DNA from: Longimicrobiales bacterium
GTDB taxonomy: Bacteria > Gemmatimonadota > Gemmatimonadetes > Longimicrobiales > RSA9
Length of the DNA: 64,000 bases
NCBI GenBank assembly: GCA_035715725.1
Contig: DASTKT010000096.1
Location: 421-64,420 of the forward strand
Direction: 5' to 3'
In this document: positions 36,801 to 46,435 of the stretch, piece by piece
Layout: each line of letters opens with the position of its first letter
Numbering within the stretch: position 1 is the stretch's first letter
Notes under the pieces: generated by a model
The model's database searches: none
What the model was told of the DNA's origin: nothing
Seen by the model: only the letters and a program-made list of their open reading frames with translations
Made by a program: the position numbers and the translations under genes

Positions 36801-37658
36801 TCAGAAGCTGAAGCTCACATCGTAGTTGATGGCGATCGGACGGTTGGACGCGTCGCGCGCGGGGCGGAAGCGCCAGCCGAGAGCCGTCTCGCGCAGAGAG
36901 CGGTCGTAGCCCCGATCGCCGGTCGACGGCATCAGCTCGACCTGGCGGACCACGCCGGTCGCGTCGATGGCGACCCGGACGACGATGGTCCGCCCCTTCA
37001 GGTTTCCCGGTGCGGGCGTGGGCGGCAGGAGCAGGAACTCCGGCGAAGGGGCGAGGATACGGCCGCCGCCGCTGCCGTTGCCCACCCCCGTGCCATTTCC
37101 CGTTCCCTCTCCGCCGCCGCTCCCGCCACCCGAGCCCGGGCCGGTGCCTGGGCCCGTTCCGCTCCCTGTCCCGCTGCCGCTCCCCGTCCCGGCGCCGGAC
37201 ACCTCGACCGGCGCGGGCGCGCCCAGGACCGCCTTCGGCGCCACGATCGAGAGGTCCGACGGCAGCGGCATCGGCAGCCGCGTCGGGTTCGTGACGGCGC
37301 GGATGATCATCGGCGTGACGTCGCGGAGCGGTGGCGCCTCGGGCACCGGCGCGGGCCGCGGCGCCGGCGCCGCGGCGGCGGGAGCCACGAGCTCGACGTA
37401 GTGGACGTCCTCCCCGCCGCCCCCGCCCCCGCCCGCGGCGCCGGCCGCGCGCCCCGTGCCGACTCCCGCGTCCGTGGCGGTCAGCGCGAGGTGGGCGCGT
37501 CCGAGCCAGACGAACAGCACCAGCGAGGCGTGCAACGCCAGCGAGACCAGCAGGCTCGGCACATCCTCCGACTGCCGGGACTTCGGTGCGCTCGAGAAGA
37601 GGTGTTCGAGAAGCCGGGGCTGAGCCTCCAGCACCCGGCCAGGGGTCGTCTCGCTCAT
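36801..37658 (-). CDS. TonB-like energy transducer with Gly/Ser/Thr-rich repeat linker
   Basis: Internal ATG (37658) of track ORF 36801..37700. One TM segment, a Pro-rich segment, the linker GAGTGSGSGTGSGTGPGTGPGSGGGSGGGEGTGNGTGVGNGSGGG, and a TonB-C-like end. Confidence 0.7.
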   Translation of the reverse strand: MSETTPGRVLEAQPRLLEHLFSSAPKSRQSEDVPSLLVSLALHASLVLFVWLGRAHLALTATDAGVGTGRAAGAAGGGGGGGEDVHYVELVAPAAAAPAPRPAPVPEAPPLRDVTPMIIRAVTNPTRLPMPLPSDLSIVAPKAVLGAPAPVEVSGAGTGSGSGTGSGTGPGTGPGSGGGSGGGEGTGNGTGVGNGSGGGRILAPSPEFLLLPPTPAPGNLKGRTIVVRVAIDATGVVRQVELMPSTGDRGYDRSLRETALGWRFRPARDASNRPIAINYDVSFSF

Positions 37659-37767
37659 GGTCGAATGGTACCGCGCAGCCTGGCAGGAGGTCCATGCCAC
37701 CGGGGCGGGATGCGAAGCGGCCCGGACGCCAGGGGCGCCCGGGCCGCTCGACCGACGATCGCCCGGC

Positions 37768-38196
37768 TCAGGCGCCGCCCGGTGCGGTCATGGGCTGCAT
37801 CACCGCGCCGAGCACCTTCACCCCGGCGCCACGCGCTGCATCCATCGCGCCGATGACGTCCTGGTACACCACGTTATCGTCCGCCTTGACGAACAGCACC
37901 TTGTCCGGCCGCCCCGTGTAGAGCGTGCGCAGGAAGCTCTCCAGCTCGCCCTTCGCGACCGGTTTCGTGTTCACCTTGAGGCCGCCATCCGGGCCGATCT
38001 CCAGCACGATCTGCGTGTTGTTCGGATTCGACGGCTGGTTCGGCTTGTCCACCGGAAGCTGGACATCGATCGACTTCTGCAGCAGCGGCTGCGCGATCAT
38101 GAAGATCACCAGCAGCACCAGCAGCACGTCGATCATCGGGGTCATGTTGATGTCGGCGACCTCCGACCGCCCCGTCTTCCCCATCGAAATGCCCAT
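37768..38196 (-). CDS. Biopolymer transport protein ExbD/TolR
   Basis: 142 aa. Contains INMTPMIDVLLVLLVIFMI. Confidence 0.85.
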   Translation of the reverse strand: MGISMGKTGRSEVADINMTPMIDVLLVLLVIFMIAQPLLQKSIDVQLPVDKPNQPSNPNNTQIVLEIGPDGGLKVNTKPVAKGELESFLRTLYTGRPDKVLFVKADDNVVYQDVIGAMDAARGAGVKVLGAVMQPMTAPGGA

Positions 38197-38286
38197 GCGG
38201 CATCTCCTCTTCGTCTGGGCTCTCCAACCGACTCACGCCACGGACCGCGGGGCGCCGGGCTCGCCGGCGCCCCGCCCGACGCGAAC

Positions 38287-38784
38287 TTACTCCTGAACGG
38301 TCTCGTCCGGCTTGGTGCCGGGCTTCTGCTCGGTCACGGCCGCCAGCACACGCGCTCCCGACTGACGCGCCAGGTCCATCGCGTGGAGGATCGTGCCGTA
38401 CTTCAGCGTCTGGTCCGCCTTCACGAAGAGGACCTTGTCCTGCGGATGCTTCTGGAACTCCTGCGTCAGCATGTTCCGCAGGATCGCATCGCAGCTCGCC
38501 ACGCCCGCCGGCGTCGCCACGTCCTTCGCCCGGCAGCCGGGGATCGTCTTCTTGTTCAGGTAGTACGCGCCGTACCGGTCGATGCCGATGACCGTGCGGT
38601 CGTCCTTCTCCGGCCGCGCCTTCAGGTGAGCACCTTCCGGCAGCTTAGCCTGGAAACCGGCCGCGATGGCGGGCGTGACCACCATGAAGATGATGAGGAG
38701 CACGAGCATGACGTCCACCATCGGCGTCACGTTGATGTCGCCCATCACGTTGGTGTCCGTTACATCGTGCGAGGCCATCGCCAT
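38287..38784 (-). CDS. Biopolymer transport protein ExbD/TolR (second copy)
   Basis: 165 aa. Contains INVTPMVDVMLVLLIIFMV. Confidence 0.85.
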   Translation of the reverse strand: MAMASHDVTDTNVMGDINVTPMVDVMLVLLIIFMVVTPAIAAGFQAKLPEGAHLKARPEKDDRTVIGIDRYGAYYLNKKTIPGCRAKDVATPAGVASCDAILRNMLTQEFQKHPQDKVLFVKADQTLKYGTILHAMDLARQSGARVLAAVTEQKPGTKPDETVQE

Positions 38785-38801
38785 GGGACGCCTCCTCTAC
38801 C

Positions 38802-39563
38802 TCAGGACATCCGCGACCGCGCCATCGCGGCCGGATCGTTCGCGGAATCCATCAGCGTGGTGATCGACTCGCTCGCCTTGCCCACCGACTGGTGCAGCCG
38901 GGCCTCGTAGCGGAGCAGGAAGTCCACGAACTCCTTCGTGGCGTACGTGATCTCCATCGAGATGTAGTCGATCCGGTTGATGAAGTAGTTGTAGAGCCAC
39001 ACACCCGGGATCGCCACGAGGAGACCGAACGCCGTCGTGATGAGCGCCTCGGCGATACCGGCCGAGATCGCCGCCAGCCCGCCGGAGCCCGAGACCGCCA
39101 TCCCGGTGAACGCGTTCACGACGCCCATCGTCGTGCCGAGCAGCCCGACGAACGGGGCCGTCGCGCCGACCGTGGCCAGCACGCCGAGCCCGCGCCGGAA
39201 CTTGGAGAGCTGCTCGAGCGTGTTCAGGTCGATCATACGCTGCACGGACGCGATCTCGGCGGCCGAGAGGTCATGGTCCTCCGAGTGGAACGTCAGGCTC
39301 GGGAAGACGCGGCGGAACACGGCGGCGAGGTGGCTCCGCTGGTTCGCCTCGACCAGCCGCTCGGCCTCAGCGAAGTCCTCGTTCGTGAGCGCCTCGGAGA
39401 ATGCGCCCGAAAAGCGGAGCGTCGCGCCGCGCGAGCGCCGCAGCATGATGAGCTTCCGGATCGTGATGGTCGCCACGATGATCGACATGAAGAGCAGAAT
39501 GAAGACGATGCCGCGGGCGAACCACCCCATCGTTCCCCAGAGCTCGATCAGAGAAATTCCCAT
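38802..39563 (-). CDS. MotA/TolQ/ExbB proton channel protein
   Basis: 253 aa with three TM segments. Contains LATVGATAPFVGLLGTTMGVVNAF. Confidence 0.9.
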   Translation of the reverse strand: MGISLIELWGTMGWFARGIVFILLFMSIIVATITIRKLIMLRRSRGATLRFSGAFSEALTNEDFAEAERLVEANQRSHLAAVFRRVFPSLTFHSEDHDLSAAEIASVQRMIDLNTLEQLSKFRRGLGVLATVGATAPFVGLLGTTMGVVNAFTGMAVSGSGGLAAISAGIAEALITTAFGLLVAIPGVWLYNYFINRIDYISMEITYATKEFVDFLLRYEARLHQSVGKASESITTLMDSANDPAAMARSRMS

Positions 39564-39677
39564 TTCTGTGCCCTTTCGACGTGTTCAGCTTCCCGCCCGT
39601 TTTGCGGAAAGACCCTGTTGAGAACTGGCCCGGTCGTCCTCGCCGCATGCCCCCCGGCCCGCGGCGCCGGGCGGGAA

Positions 39678-40475
39678 TCACTGCGTCTTGAAGACGATGG
39701 GTAGCTGGATCCAGACCTTGACCTTCTGGTCCCGGTTGAGCGCCGGCGTGAACTTCATGATCTCGCCGACCTTCTGGGCCGCGGCGTCGAGCGCCTCGTG
39801 CCCACTGCCCTCCTTGACCTGGGTCTTGATGACCTCACCCGACTCGTCGATGAGGGCCCAGATCAGGACCGTTCCACCCACGCCAGCATCGCGCAGCAAC
39901 GGCGGATAGTTCCGCTGCAGGGCTCGCGCGACCTCGTCGCGGTTCTTCAGTTCGGGCTTGACCGTGTAGGGTGTGAACGTCGGCGCGGCGGTCACGTCCT
40001 CGACGGTCACGACCCTCGTGCTGTTCGGGTTGCCGTTCGCCTTGCCGCCCTCGGTGCCCTCACCGCTGAAGTCGGCCTCGTTGATCACGGGCCCGGCCTT
40101 CGGCGGCGGGATGTCCGGCGGAACCACGGTCGGCGGCGCCAGCGTCTGGAACCCCTTGGCCACCTCGACGATCTGCTTCGGCGGCGGCGGCGCATCGGGC
40201 GGGGGCGGCGGGGGCGGCGGGGGCGGCGGGGGCTCGTCCTCCTTGATCTGGATGAGCGTCACCTGCTCCTCGTCCTTCTGAACTTCCTTGCCGACGGCCA
40301 TCGTGGCGTAGACCAGCGCCGTGATGATCGCCGCGTGGAACGCCATGGACGTGAACGTCGCGGCGGCGGCGGCCTTCCCCTCGCGCCGAGGCTTGCTCGC
40401 GAGCAGGTTGCCGAACATCTGCTCGCGCGGCGGGTCCGCGCGAGGTGGCGTCGGGGGCGCCGATTCGTTGGCCAT
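39678..40475 (-). CDS. tonB: Energy transducer TonB
   Basis: 265 aa. TM anchor, poly-Pro (PPPPPPPPPPPPDAPPPP), and a TonB C-terminal domain (YPPLLRDAGVGGTVLIWALIDESGEV...). Confidence 0.85.
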   Translation of the reverse strand: MANESAPPTPPRADPPREQMFGNLLASKPRREGKAAAAATFTSMAFHAAIITALVYATMAVGKEVQKDEEQVTLIQIKEDEPPPPPPPPPPPPDAPPPPKQIVEVAKGFQTLAPPTVVPPDIPPPKAGPVINEADFSGEGTEGGKANGNPNSTRVVTVEDVTAAPTFTPYTVKPELKNRDEVARALQRNYPPLLRDAGVGGTVLIWALIDESGEVIKTQVKEGSGHEALDAAAQKVGEIMKFTPALNRDQKVKVWIQLPIVFKTQ

Positions 40476-40620
40476 TCTGTCACCTACCTGGTTAGGTTCC
40501 GCCCGAATGCAAATCCAACCCGGGGCGTCCGCTGCCGGACCCCCAGAGAACGTCGTACGTGAGTCTCACCGATGGTTGGTCCCGCAACTGCTTCCTACAT
40601 CCCAGCGGCAATAACGTCCG

Positions 40621-40773
40621 TCACGCCCGCGTACGACTCCCTCTCCAGACGAGGTAGAGGGACACGGCAAGGAAGATATAAATGAAGATCGCGGCGGCAT
40701 CGTGCGGGATGCCACCGACGACTCGGCCGATGCCGGAGCCGTTCTCCTGGACGAGAAGGGCGAGGACCTGCAT
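40621..40773 (-). CDS. Possible small membrane protein (50 aa)
   Basis: Internal ATG of track ORF 40621..40884 with GGAGG 9 nt upstream. Mostly G/C third positions. Hydrophobic AAAIFIYIFLAVSLYLVW. No homolog recognised. Confidence 0.35.
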   Translation of the reverse strand: MQVLALLVQENGSGIGRVVGGIPHDAAAIFIYIFLAVSLYLVWRGSRTRA

Positions 40774-40884
40774 TCGTTTACGCCTCCAACGCGCGCGGGC
40801 CGGCGGCTGACTCCCAGGAGCCGCGGGTCCGCGACCGATCGAGGGCGGTGCCGCAAGAGTTGCACCGCCGAGTCGGTCATACAC

Positions 40885-40907
40885 GAAAAAGGAGGCCTTG
40901 CGCCTCC
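40885..40907 (-). terminator. Intrinsic-terminator-like hairpin on the minus strand (GGAGGC-GCAAG-GCCTCC followed by TTTTT)
   Basis: The plus strand reads aaaaa ggaggc cttgc gcctcc. 6-bp stem, 5-nt loop and T5 on the minus strand. No annotated minus-strand gene ends just upstream of it. Confidence 0.35.
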
Positions 40908-41214
40908 TCCGTGGAATCGAGCCTGGGAGACTTCCGGAATGTAGCGGGGGTGAAATTGAGCGTCAAGGGCACATGCCGGCCGAATCCCGTTGGGGCGCGC
41001 CAGGAAGCGGCGGGCCCGGCGGGCGCGTGAACGGGCTCGCGAGGAGGGGGTCCGCGGGGTTGCGTGCACCGTAGGGGAGCCCCATCTTCCCGCGGCTTTT
41101 TACGGGGCGTTCCTGCTTGCGTCCGCGGGGATGCGACCGTATGCTGCGCGCCCGCACGACCCCGCACGGTCGGGGCGCGCGACCGTATCAGGGTCTTCAG
41201 ACGCCAGGTACCCG

Positions 41215-41760
41215 ATGGGAAGAACGAAGTGGGCGTTCCTCGGTATCGTCGCCGTGCTGGCGCTGGCCGGCAGCGGGATGGTGGCCGCGGGGGTCCTCGT
41301 GGACTCGGGCGGGTCGGATCAGCCGATCGCGTTCCCGCACGACCTGCATGCGGGGAAAAACCAGATCCCGTGCATGTACTGCCACTATTCCGCGGATCGG
41401 TCGGTGGACGCCGGCATCCCGGCGGTGGCGACGTGTGCGGGGTGCCATCTGCCGGGGTCGAAGGCGGGGGACGCGAGGGCGGTGGCGATGGTGCGCGCGG
41501 ACAGCACCGGGGTGAAGCAGCTGGCGGCGTACTGGAAGCGGGCGCTGCCGATTCCGTGGAAGCGGGTCTACAATCTGCCGGACTACGTGCGCTTCCCGCA
41601 CATGCGCCACGTGAAGGCGGGGCTGCAGTGCCAGGAGTGCCACGGCCCGGTGCAGGCGATGCGCGTGGTGAAGCTGCAGCAGCCGCTGCAGATGGGATGG
41701 TGCGTGAACTGCCATCGGCAGCGGGGGTCTCGGACCGACTGCTTCGTCTGCCACTACTGA
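41215..41760 (+). CDS. actA: Alternative complex III subunit ActA (pentaheme cytochrome c)
   Basis: Internal ATG of track ORF 40990..41760. TM anchor plus five CxxCH motifs (CMYCH, CAGCH, CQECH, CVNCH, CFVCH). Confidence 0.85.
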   Translation: MGRTKWAFLGIVAVLALAGSGMVAAGVLVDSGGSDQPIAFPHDLHAGKNQIPCMYCHYSADRSVDAGIPAVATCAGCHLPGSKAGDARAVAMVRADSTGVKQLAAYWKRALPIPWKRVYNLPDYVRFPHMRHVKAGLQCQECHGPVQAMRVVKLQQPLQMGWCVNCHRQRGSRTDCFVCHY

Positions 41761-41818
41761 GGACCGGGCGCCCGTGACACGCGAGAGAGAGGCCGGCGCC
41801 GCCCCGAAGGAGCGAGGG

Positions 41819-44800
41819 ATGGCAAACGGGTTGGAGCGGCGGGACTTCCTGAAGGTGCTCGGCACGGCGGGGGCGGGGGTGGCCCTGTCGGCGTGCTCGA
41901 ACAACCTGGGGGGCGTGCCGCCTGAGCGGTTGATTCCGTACGTGGTCCCGCAGGACGACATCGTGCCGGGGATCGCGACATACTACCGGACGACGTGCCG
42001 GGAGTGTCCGGCCGGTTGCGGGATGGACATCGCGACGCGGGAGGGCCGGGCGATCAAGGCGGAGGGGAATCCGCTCTCGCCGATGTCGCACGGCAAGCTG
42101 TGCCCGCGTGGCCAGGCGTCGCTGCAGGGCCTGTACAATCCGGACCGGGTGCGGCAGGCGCTGCTGCGCTCGGGCGCGGACTGGCAGAAGCTGACCTGGG
42201 ACGACGCGGAGCAGCGCGTGGCGAACGCGCTGGCCGGCGCGCGCGGACGAGCGGTGTTCCTGACGCGGAACTACACGGGCACGCTGGACCGGCTCGTGAC
42301 GGATTGGTCGAGCGCGGCGGGCGTCGAGCGGATCATCTACGACGCGTACGCGTGGGAGCCGATCCGCGCGGCGCACCGCATGCTCTTCGGCGTCGAGGCG
42401 GTACCGGTCCACGACTTCTCGCGGGCGTCCGTGGTCGTCAACTTCGGCGCGGACTTCCTGGAGACGTGGGTCTCGCCGGTCGACTACGCGCGCGGCTTCG
42501 TCCAGGGGACGGCGTACACGAACGGCCAGCGCGGCAAGCTGTGGGCGTTCACGCCGCACCAGACGCTGACCGACATGAACGCCGAGGAGTGGGTGCCGAT
42601 CCGCCCCGGCACGGAGCACCTGGTCGCGCTGGCGATGGCGAAGCTCATCGTCGGGAGCGGCCGGGGGCAGGCGGGCGCGGCGGCCGGGCTGCTGAACGGC
42701 GTGGACGTGAACGCGGTGGCGCAGCAGGCGGGTGTGCCGGTGGCGCGCATCCAGCAGGCGGCACAGGAGTTTGCGAACGGCGGCCGCTCGCTGGCGGTCG
42801 GCCCGGGCATCTCGGCGCAGCACCGGGCCGCCACGGCGGTGGCCGCCGCGGTGGCGATCCTGAACAGCGTCGCCGGCAACTACGGCAGCACGGTCACGCT
42901 CTCGCGCACGGAGGAGTACGCGGCGCGGGTGGCTTCCTACGCCGACATGCAGCGCCTCGTTCAGCGGATGCAGGCGGGGCAGGTGCAGGTCCTGCTGGTC
43001 GACGGGCCGAACCCGCTGTACACGATGCCGGGGGCGGAGGTGGCGGCGGCGCTCGCGCGCGTACCGTTCATCGCGTCCTTCTCGTCGTACCTGGACGAGA
43101 CGAGCGCGAAGGCGCACGTGCTGCTGCCGGACCATCACTTCCTCGAGAGCTGGGGCGACTACGTCCCGCGGACCGGCGTGCGCTCCGTCGTGCAGCCGGT
43201 GATGATGCCGGTCTTCGACACGAAGCAGACGGGCGACGTGCTGCTCTCCGTGGCGACGCGGCTGAAGCTGAGCCTGCCGAACACGGCGGCGCCGGCCGCC
43301 GCCGCTCCCGCCGGCGCCGCGGCGCCGGCTGCTCCGGGCGCGCAGGCGGCGGCGGTGGCGCCGCCCGCCACGTACTACGATTACCTGCGCGCGACCTGGC
43401 AGCGCGAGGTGATGCCGAGCGTCGGCGGTGCCGGCACGTTCGAGGACTGGTGGCAGGGCGTGCTGAAGTCGGGCGTGGTGCTGACGCCGGCGGCGACGGC
43501 GCCGGCCGGCGCCGCGCCGGCGCTCAATGCGGCCGGGCTCGGGCAGCTCCGCTTCGAGGTGGCGGAATTCACGGGCACGAGCCGGAGCGATGAGTTCTAC
43601 GTCATCGCCTATCCGTCGATCCGCTTCTACGACGGCCGGACCGCGAACCGGCCGTGGCTGCAGGAGCTGCCGGACCCGGTCTCGAAGGTGTCGTGGGAGT
43701 CGTGGCTGGAGCTGAGCCCGGCGACGGCGCGCCGGCTCGGGATCGAGGACGGCCACGTGGTGGAGGTCACGACGCCGTTCGGGAAGACGCGGCTTCCGGT
43801 CTGGCGGCATCCGGGGATCCGGGACGACACGGTCGCGATCCAGATCGGGCAGGGCCACGAGGAGCTCGGGCGCTACGCGGCGGGGCGCGGCGTGAACGTG
43901 GTGAAGCTGCTCGGCGCCGTGGCGGAGCCGATCTCGGGCGCCATGGTCTGGGCGCAGGTGAAGGCGGCGGTGCAGCCGACGGGCGAGTGGGTGCGCGTAC
44001 CGGGGCACATGCCGGAGAACAACGGCGAGGCGGGCCGGGAGATCGCGCGCTCGATCTCGCTCGCCGAGGCGCGGCGGGTTGAGGGCGCGGCGGCGGCCGG
44101 CGTGGCGGCGGTACCGCACGCGGCCGGCGCGGAGGCGCAGGCCGGGGAGCACGCCGAGATCGCCGGGAACCCCAAGAACAAGGTCGTCACGGAGCTGCAG
44201 GGTACGGGCGGCTTCGCGCCGGAGACGATGACCGCGGGGCCGGCGGGCTATCCGCCGCCGTCGACGTACTACGGCGAGTACTCGCACTCCCACCCGCGCT
44301 GGGCGATGGCGATCGACATGGAGCGCTGCATCGGCTGCAGCGCGTGCGTCACCGCCTGCTACGCGGAGAACAACATCGGGATCGTGGGTCCGGAGCAGGC
44401 GGCGAAGGGGCGCCTGCTGACCTGGCTCCGGATCGAGCGCTACTTCGAGGGTGGCGACCAGAAGAGCGGGGAAGGGTTCGACCACGTCAACTTCCTGCCC
44501 ATGCTCTGCCAGCAGTGCGGCAACGCGCCGTGCGAGCCGGTCTGCCCGGTGTACGCGGCGTATCACACGCCGGAGGGGTTGAACGGCCAGATCTACAACC
44601 GGTGCGTGGGCACGCGCTACTGCGCGAACAACTGCCCGTACAAGGTGCGCTACTTCAACTGGTTCAGCTGGGAGTGGCCGGAGCCGCTGAACTGGCAGCT
44701 GAACCCGGATGTCACGGTGCGCGAGAAGGGCGTGATGGAGAAGTGCACGTTCTGCGTGCAGCGGATCCGGGCGGCGCAGAACCAGGCGCGCCTGGAGGGG

Positions 44801-45004
44801 CGCGGCACGCTGGACGGCGAGATCATGCCGGCGTGCGCGCAGACCTGCCCCGGGGACGCGATCGTCTTCGGGAACGTCAAGGATCCCAACTCGCGGGTGG
44901 CGCAGATCGCGGCTTCGGGCCGTGGCTACCGCGTGCTGGAAGAGCTGAACACCCAGTCCGCGATCACCTATCTGAAGCGGGTGGTCGACGCTTCGGAGGC
45001 CTAG
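41819..45004 (+). CDS. actB: Alternative complex III subunit ActB (fused molybdopterin-oxidoreductase-like and 4Fe-4S ferredoxin-like domains)
   Basis: ATG at 41819 with AAGGAG upstream. Tat motif RRDFLKVLG. CRECPAGCG cluster. C-terminal CIGCSACVTAC, CQQCGNAPCEPVCP and CVGTRYCANNCPYKV motifs. Confidence 0.9.
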   Translation: MANGLERRDFLKVLGTAGAGVALSACSNNLGGVPPERLIPYVVPQDDIVPGIATYYRTTCRECPAGCGMDIATREGRAIKAEGNPLSPMSHGKLCPRGQASLQGLYNPDRVRQALLRSGADWQKLTWDDAEQRVANALAGARGRAVFLTRNYTGTLDRLVTDWSSAAGVERIIYDAYAWEPIRAAHRMLFGVEAVPVHDFSRASVVVNFGADFLETWVSPVDYARGFVQGTAYTNGQRGKLWAFTPHQTLTDMNAEEWVPIRPGTEHLVALAMAKLIVGSGRGQAGAAAGLLNGVDVNAVAQQAGVPVARIQQAAQEFANGGRSLAVGPGISAQHRAATAVAAAVAILNSVAGNYGSTVTLSRTEEYAARVASYADMQRLVQRMQAGQVQVLLVDGPNPLYTMPGAEVAAALARVPFIASFSSYLDETSAKAHVLLPDHHFLESWGDYVPRTGVRSVVQPVMMPVFDTKQTGDVLLSVATRLKLSLPNTAAPAAAAPAGAAAPAAPGAQAAAVAPPATYYDYLRATWQREVMPSVGGAGTFEDWWQGVLKSGVVLTPAATAPAGAAPALNAAGLGQLRFEVAEFTGTSRSDEFYVIAYPSIRFYDGRTANRPWLQELPDPVSKVSWESWLELSPATARRLGIEDGHVVEVTTPFGKTRLPVWRHPGIRDDTVAIQIGQGHEELGRYAAGRGVNVVKLLGAVAEPISGAMVWAQVKAAVQPTGEWVRVPGHMPENNGEAGREIARSISLAEARRVEGAAAAGVAAVPHAAGAEAQAGEHAEIAGNPKNKVVTELQGTGGFAPETMTAGPAGYPPPSTYYGEYSHSHPRWAMAIDMERCIGCSACVTACYAENNIGIVGPEQAAKGRLLTWLRIERYFEGGDQKSGEGFDHVNFLPMLCQQCGNAPCEPVCPVYAAYHTPEGLNGQIYNRCVGTRYCANNCPYKVRYFNWFSWEWPEPLNWQLNPDVTVREKGVMEKCTFCVQRIRAAQNQARLEGRGTLDGEIMPACAQTCPGDAIVFGNVKDPNSRVAQIAASGRGYRVLEELNTQSAITYLKRVVDASEA

Positions 45005-45010
45005 TCGAGC

Positions 45011-46435
45011 ATGGCCACAGTCATCCGCTCCGAGACACACCCGGAGATCGGCTCCTACGAGGCCGTCAATCACGACGTCCTGCGGCTGTTGAGTCGACCT
45101 GGCCGGTCGTATCTGGTGCTCCTGTCGGTGACGGTCGCGCTGGTGATCACGATGTTCACCGCGTGGGGCATCCAGATCGTGCTCGGCATCGGGATGTCGG
45201 GGCTCCGCAACCCGATCGGGTGGGGCGTCTACATCACGACGTTCGTGTTCTGGGTCGGCATCGGCCACGCCGGGACGCTGATCTCGGCGATCCTCTACCT
45301 GTTCCGGGCGCGCTGGCGGCAGTCGATCTACCGGGCCGCGGAGGCCATGACGGTCTTCGCCGTCATGACCGCGGGGCTGTTCCCGGTGATCCACGTCGGC
45401 CGGCCCTGGCTCGCGTACTACCTGATCCCGTACCCGAACCAGCGGATGATCTGGCCGAACTTCCGCTCGCCGCTGGTTTGGGACGTCTTCGCGGTCGGCA
45501 CGTACTTCACGGTCAGCGCGACGTTCTTCTTCATCGGCATGATCCCGGACCTGGCCGCGGCGCGCGACAGCGCGGTCGTGCCGTGGCGTCGTCGCCTCTA
45601 CAGCATCCTGTCGCTGGGGTGGCGGGGCACGAACTGGGAGTGGAAGAACTTCACCCGCGCCTACCTCTACCTCGCGGCGCTGGCCACCCCGCTCGTGCTG
45701 TCGGTGCACTCGGTGGTGTCGTGGGACTTCGCGATGTCGCTGGTGCCGGGGTGGCACTCGACGGTGTTCGCGCCGTACTTCGTGGCCGGCGCGATCTTCA
45801 GCGGGCTGGCGATGGTGCTGACGCTGCTGATCCCGATCCGCAAGATCTACGGGTTGGAGGCCTACTTCACGCCTCGCCACACGGAGGCGATGGCGAAGAT
45901 GATGTTGCTGACGGCGATGATCGTCTCGTACGCGTACGCATGCGAGGCGTTCGTCGGCTGGTACACGTTCGAGGCGGCGGAGCAGCACGGCGGCTACCTG
46001 CTGTTCGGCGCGTCGGGCGAGTACTGGTGGTCGACCTGGCTCATGCTGACGTGCAACTTCTTCGTGCCGCAGCTGCTCTGGTTCAGGTCGGTGAGGCGCA
46101 GCTTCGCCGCGATGTTCGTGATCACGCTGTTCGTGAACATCGGGATGTGGTTCGAGCGGTACTCGATCATCGTCGTGAGCCTGTCGCACGAGTACGAGCC
46201 GTGGATGTGGAACCAGTACCGGCCGAGCCTGACGGGGATGCTGATCATCCTGGGCAGCTTCGGCTGGTTCCTGATGTGGTTCCTGCTCTTCCTGCGGCTG
46301 CTCCCGGCGGTGTCGGTGGCCGAGCTGAAGGAGGTGCTGCCCGCGCCGCTGCGGTTGTACCGGCGCCCGCGGGCGGTCGAGGAGACGACGCCACGCCCGC
46401 CGGTCCGGGGCCGCGGCACGGAGGAGGGTCGATGA
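45011..46435 (+). CDS. actC: Alternative complex III subunit ActC (NrfD/PsrC-like quinol-interacting membrane subunit)
   Basis: 474-aa polytopic protein directly after actB. Confidence 0.9.
   Translation: MATVIRSETHPEIGSYEAVNHDVLRLLSRPGRSYLVLLSVTVALVITMFTAWGIQIVLGIGMSGLRNPIGWGVYITTFVFWVGIGHAGTLISAILYLFRARWRQSIYRAAEAMTVFAVMTAGLFPVIHVGRPWLAYYLIPYPNQRMIWPNFRSPLVWDVFAVGTYFTVSATFFFIGMIPDLAAARDSAVVPWRRRLYSILSLGWRGTNWEWKNFTRAYLYLAALATPLVLSVHSVVSWDFAMSLVPGWHSTVFAPYFVAGAIFSGLAMVLTLLIPIRKIYGLEAYFTPRHTEAMAKMMLLTAMIVSYAYACEAFVGWYTFEAAEQHGGYLLFGASGEYWWSTWLMLTCNFFVPQLLWFRSVRRSFAAMFVITLFVNIGMWFERYSIIVVSLSHEYEPWMWNQYRPSLTGMLIILGSFGWFLMWFLLFLRLLPAVSVAELKEVLPAPLRLYRRPRAVEETTPRPPVRGRGTEEGR

Noticed and set aside
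40886-40913. AAAAAGGAGG as a ribosome-binding site for a plus-strand small ORF (track ORF 40848..41030)
   Set aside because: The nearest start codons are 2 nt (TTG) or 15 nt (GTG) from the GGAGG. The ORF has mediocre GC3, and the motif is better explained as one arm of a minus-strand hairpin followed by T5.
40877-46189. 1770-aa minus-strand ORF, the longest in the track
   Set aside because: It is antisense to actA/actB/actC, which have clear heme, Tat, FeS and NrfD signatures. Its product is an Arg/Pro/His-rich low-complexity protein with no recognisable domain, so it is a GC-driven open frame.
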